Under the pieces are notes generated by a model. The model ran no database searches, was not told where the DNA came from, and saw only the letters and a list, made by a program, of their open reading frames with translations. A stretch of 54,334 nt of DNA, taken from the NCBI GenBank assembly GCA_963610485.1, contig CAVDOI010000001.1, positions 1 through 54,334 on the forward strand, in the 5' to 3' direction. Source of the stretch: Lachnospiraceae bacterium (GTDB taxonomy: Bacteria > Spirochaetota > Spirochaetia > Sphaerochaetales > Sphaerochaetaceae). The position numbers and the translations under genes are program-made. Positions 51,340 to 54,334 of this stretch are shown here, one piece after another. Position 1 is the stretch's first letter, and each line of letters begins with the position of its first letter.

Positions 51340-52287
51340 ATGGACGGAAAACTCATTGTTATCGCAATCGGCGGTAATTCATTAATTGAAGATAGCAGGA
51401 ACGTGACGGTAAGGTCACAGTATGATGCGGCGAACAAGACCGCAATGCACATCGCACGCCTTGTCAAGGCCGGAAACAGAGTCGTCATCGCACACGGCAA
51501 CGGCCCCCAGGTCGGCTACATCCTCCGCAGGGCGGAGATAGCATCCTCCGAGCTCCACAGCGTCCCGCTCGACAGCTGTGTCGCCGACACACAGGGTGCA
51601 ATCGGCTACCAGCTCCAGATGGCTCTCGACAACCAGATGGCTGCTGACGGCATGAAGAAGAACATCGCGACAGTCGTCACACAGGTCGAAGTCAGGGATG
51701 ACGACCCGTCATTCAGAAAGCCGACGAAGCCTATCGGCTCCTTCATGAGCGAAGAGGTTGCACTCGAGCATAAGGAGAAGGACAACTGGAGTGTCGTCGA
51801 GGACGCGGGAAGAGGCTGGAGAAGGGTCGTTGCATCTCCAAAGCCGGTGTCTATCATAGAACTCGAGACTATCAGATGTCTTCTCGACAACGGCATCATC
51901 GTCATCGCGGCAGGCGGCGGCGGTATTCCTGTCGTAAAGGCTGCAGACGGCACACTCTCGGGCAGAGAGGCTGTCATCGACAAGGATCTTGCAGCTGCAA
52001 TGCTTGCAAAGGACCTCAATGCCGACATGTTCGTAATATCGACAGCGGTACCCAAGGTATGTCTCAACTTCGGTAAGCCCGATCAGAAGACACTCGACGA
52101 GATGACTGTGGCGGAAGCCGAGAAGTACATGCAGGAGGGCCACTTCGCACCAGGCTCCATGCTTCCGAAGATCCAGGCTCTCACAGATTTCGTCAGATCA
52201 AGCGGCAACACCGGTATCGTAACGGATCCGGAGAACCTCTATGACGCAGTATACGGGAATATGGGAACAAAGGTCGTGAAGCTCTGA
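51340..52287 (+). CDS. arcC: carbamate kinase
   Basis: 315 aa, with IAIGGNSL and VIAHGNGPQVG motifs. AAGGAAG lies upstream of the ATG. Confidence 0.9.
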   Translation: MDGKLIVIAIGGNSLIEDSRNVTVRSQYDAANKTAMHIARLVKAGNRVVIAHGNGPQVGYILRRAEIASSELHSVPLDSCVADTQGAIGYQLQMALDNQMAADGMKKNIATVVTQVEVRDDDPSFRKPTKPIGSFMSEEVALEHKEKDNWSVVEDAGRGWRRVVASPKPVSIIELETIRCLLDNGIIVIAAGGGGIPVVKAADGTLSGREAVIDKDLAAAMLAKDLNADMFVISTAVPKVCLNFGKPDQKTLDEMTVAEAEKYMQEGHFAPGSMLPKIQALTDFVRSSGNTGIVTDPENLYDAVYGNMGTKVVKL

Positions 52288-53529
52288 TCATCTCTTCTTC
52301 ACGAAGAGGGGCAGGGCCTCTGCAGTGTAAAGGAGAAATGCCGTCACTGCGGGGGCCCATATGTTTTGAATAAGGAATGCGGAGAACACGAGCCTTACGA
52401 TAACGACTGCCGCAAGAACGCCGTCCATGACGAGGGCGCACTTGTAAAGTGCTTTCTCCCTTCTTCTTTTTCCGATGCTCATGAAATGGATCACCCCCTG
52501 CACAAGGCAGAGCGGCGTGATTATCAGGATATTGAGATTGTCGTGGGTCACGTAATGTATCGTGAAGAAGGAGAAGAAAATCAACAGAAGACTCATGAGG
52601 CCGAAGAATGTGAAGACGACGCCGAGAAGAAAATCAAATGTGCCGTGGTGCTTCATGTAAGAGGCGGCAAGCGACATGAGGAGCAGCACCAGGCCGAAGA
52701 GGAGGGAATAGAAGACAAAGGGCCATTTCCCGGGAGTAGCCTTTCTGTTCTGAGTTTCGTATAGTACGGTGCTCTCCGTCTGCTGGTATTCCTCTACAGC
52801 CTTTTCAAGGGCCGAGGGAAGATAGCAGTCCTCCCACCTCGTGGTCTCCCTGTCGACAGAGGATCCGAGAAGATAGTTGATGATCCAGCTCGAGAAGAAA
52901 GTCGAGCGCGAGAGATGCCTTACGACACCGCTGCGGATGGTCTCACCGCTTTTCTGACTCTTCAGCCAGCTTTCGAATTCTCCCCCTGTCGCCCATGAGT
53001 AGATATCGCGGAGGCGGGTTGCGCAGTTGTCGCTGAAGTAATCGTAGAGGTATGTCCTGTTCTCCTCCTCGGTGTTGTACACGAGGAAGGAGTAGAGGGC
53101 CTTCTTCTGGGAGCTGTCGAGCTCGAGTTCGAGAAGCGAGACCGTCCTGTCTGCGCTCTCGAGGTCGGCGATGCGGTACAATGCCCAGGTCTCCCACACC
53201 TGGTAGTATAGCTTTCCCAGAATGAAGTTCGGAATGAACGTCTCGTCGAAGGTGAAGATTCCGTAGTCGAATGCGACGGGAGAGTTGCCCCCGCACTCTA
53301 TGACGAACGCCGAATGCCCGAAGTTCTCCCATATCGCGGAGCCTTCTCCTCCCGTGAGGAGATAGATCTTCATACTCCCGTAGAACTCCTCCTCGTTCTC
53401 CGTTACATCCTCCCTCTTGAAGGATGCAAGCTCCTCCTCACTCGAGAAGAGACCGTCTCTGAGGACGACGCCGGAGTAAAGCGGAAGAAGCATGATAAAG
53501 GCCGTGAGCATTACGAGAAAACGTTTCAT
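52288..53529 (-). CDS. DUF4105/Lnb-like membrane protein (periplasmic domain plus C-terminal TM bundle)
   Basis: The start is at MKRFLVMLTAFIMLLPLYSG. GHSAFVIE and YLYDYFSDNCATRLRDI blocks match my memory of DUF4105. The C-terminal ~150 aa contain about 5 TM segments. Confidence 0.6.
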   Translation of the reverse strand: MKRFLVMLTAFIMLLPLYSGVVLRDGLFSSEEELASFKREDVTENEEEFYGSMKIYLLTGGEGSAIWENFGHSAFVIECGGNSPVAFDYGIFTFDETFIPNFILGKLYYQVWETWALYRIADLESADRTVSLLELELDSSQKKALYSFLVYNTEEENRTYLYDYFSDNCATRLRDIYSWATGGEFESWLKSQKSGETIRSGVVRHLSRSTFFSSWIINYLLGSSVDRETTRWEDCYLPSALEKAVEEYQQTESTVLYETQNRKATPGKWPFVFYSLLFGLVLLLMSLAASYMKHHGTFDFLLGVVFTFFGLMSLLLIFFSFFTIHYVTHDNLNILIITPLCLVQGVIHFMSIGKRRREKALYKCALVMDGVLAAVVIVRLVFSAFLIQNIWAPAVTAFLLYTAEALPLFVKKR

Positions 53530-53662
53530 CCCGATTATCTTAAACGCAAAACCCCTCTTGATAAAGACATCCGGCTCATCGGAAGGAACACCGGAAGACT
53601 GACACGAAGTAGAAGGTTTGCAATGGCCCAATTTATTACTAAGTAAAGAAAAAATCTATTCG

Positions 53663-53692
53663 TTGACACCACTTTACCGGGTAGGATATACT
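53663..53692 (+). promoter_or_regulatory. near-consensus sigma70 promoter of the repeat lipoprotein gene
   Basis: TTGACA (53663-53668), an 18-nt spacer and TATACT (53687-53692) are followed by AGGGAG and ATG53723. Confidence 0.55.
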
Positions 53693-53722
53693 GGCCATCA
53701 AGATGAAAACAGGGAGAAAAAC

Positions 53723-54334
53723 ATGAAAAGAATACTCTTCTTGACTGCAGTCATTCTTTCCGCCCTCATGCTTGTCGTGTCATGCGACAACAAGAACAAC
53801 GAGCCGGAAGCAAAAACATATAAGGTCATATTCAATCCCGATAACGGCTCCGACATAGTAGTTGTTGACGTGAAAGAAGGTGATAAGGTCGAAAAACCTG
53901 CCGACCCTGAAAAGACAGGGTACTCTTTCAATGAATGGCAGCTCAACGGAGAAGCATATGACTTTGAGAACCCTGTCAATTCAGTATTGATCCTCAAAGC
54001 AGTATGGGAAAACGCAAAATACAAAGTCACATTTGATTATGATAACGGCACCGACATAGTTGTATTAGAAGTTATAGACGGTGACAAAGTTGAAATGCCC
54101 GATGACCCTATTTATACCGATAGTTTCTTCGGTGGCTGGTATGAAGGCGAAAACAGATTTGATTCTACTACGGTGATAACCCGGGATTATAACCTGAAAG
54201 CAAAAAAGGATGATTCGGTTTATTTTGTTAATTTTGACATGAATCATCCTTTCTCAACTGAAAGACTTTATGAAAGGCAAGGGTTTGCGGCTCCTAAAAA
54301 AGTAACTAAGCCTAAAGACCCCACAGTCACAGGT
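53723..54334 (+). CDS. lipoprotein with Listeria-Bacteroides (Flg_new/InlB B-type) repeats, 3' end truncated by the window
   Basis: This ORF is not in the supplied ORF track because it has no stop in the window; I translated it by hand. It starts MKRILFLTAVILSALMLVVSC (lipobox). At least 2.5 repeats of about 65 aa follow, of the type Y-K-V-x-F-x2-D-N-G-x-D...G-D-K-V-E-x-P-x-D-P...G-[WY]. Confidence 0.7.
   Translation, partial: MKRILFLTAVILSALMLVVSCDNKNNEPEAKTYKVIFNPDNGSDIVVVDVKEGDKVEKPADPEKTGYSFNEWQLNGEAYDFENPVNSVLILKAVWENAKYKVTFDYDNGTDIVVLEVIDGDKVEMPDDPIYTDSFFGGWYEGENRFDSTTVITRDYNLKAKKDDSVYFVNFDMNHPFSTERLYERQGFAAPKKVTKPKDPTVTG

Noticed and set aside
1-54334. A search for CRISPR arrays, IS elements or transposases, integrases, prophage genes, restriction-modification, toxin-antitoxin and known defence-system signatures.
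   Set aside because: I saw no regularly spaced repeats, no DDE/tyrosine/serine recombinase motifs, no methyltransferase or nuclease/helicase defence-type operons and no small paired ORFs. The only helicase is a standard short RecQ. An automated repeat or HMM scan could still find things I missed by eye.

Overview
This is a 54.3-kb chromosomal segment, about 50% GC by eye, densely coding on both strands. I call 47 protein genes (one cut by the 3' window edge) and 2 tRNAs.

Taxonomy: gene content and codon habits (AGA/AGG Arg, ATA Ile, CTC Leu), many signal-peptide or lipobox proteins and a Listeria-Bacteroides-repeat lipoprotein suggest an anaerobic spirochaete, possibly Treponema-like. I cannot verify this without a search.

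Most of the window is housekeeping: proA-proB, proC, serS, cysS, valS, pncB, trmL, dinB, nth, rpmB, thrA-thrC, galK, recQ, ackA, lon and arcC.

Accessory content:
- a YqeC/YqeB selenium-dependent molybdenum-hydroxylase maturation pair at the 5' edge;
- a membrane-anchored Cache/HAMP-AraC regulator coupled to a membrane-anchored solute-binding protein (SBP), next to an orphan TctC and an ABC importer with two different ATPase genes;
- an ABC exporter whose ATPase carries a DUF5684-like membrane domain;
- a LuxR regulator with a degenerate receiver, coupled to nth;
- an ECF sigma/anti-sigma pair;
- a 61-aa H1/Hc1-like protein;
- a lon-U32-TPR-GT2 gene string;
- a DUF4105/Lnb-like membrane protein;
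- three orphan beta-rich secreted proteins of about 340 aa.

I found no CRISPR array, transposase, integrase, phage genes or recognisable defence or toxin-antitoxin genes. No single locus is an obvious novel system. The best candidates are the AraC-sensor/SBP module (5740-8866) and the DUF5684-ABC pair (23940-26241). All family assignments rest on motif recognition from memory and need HMM or BLAST confirmation.
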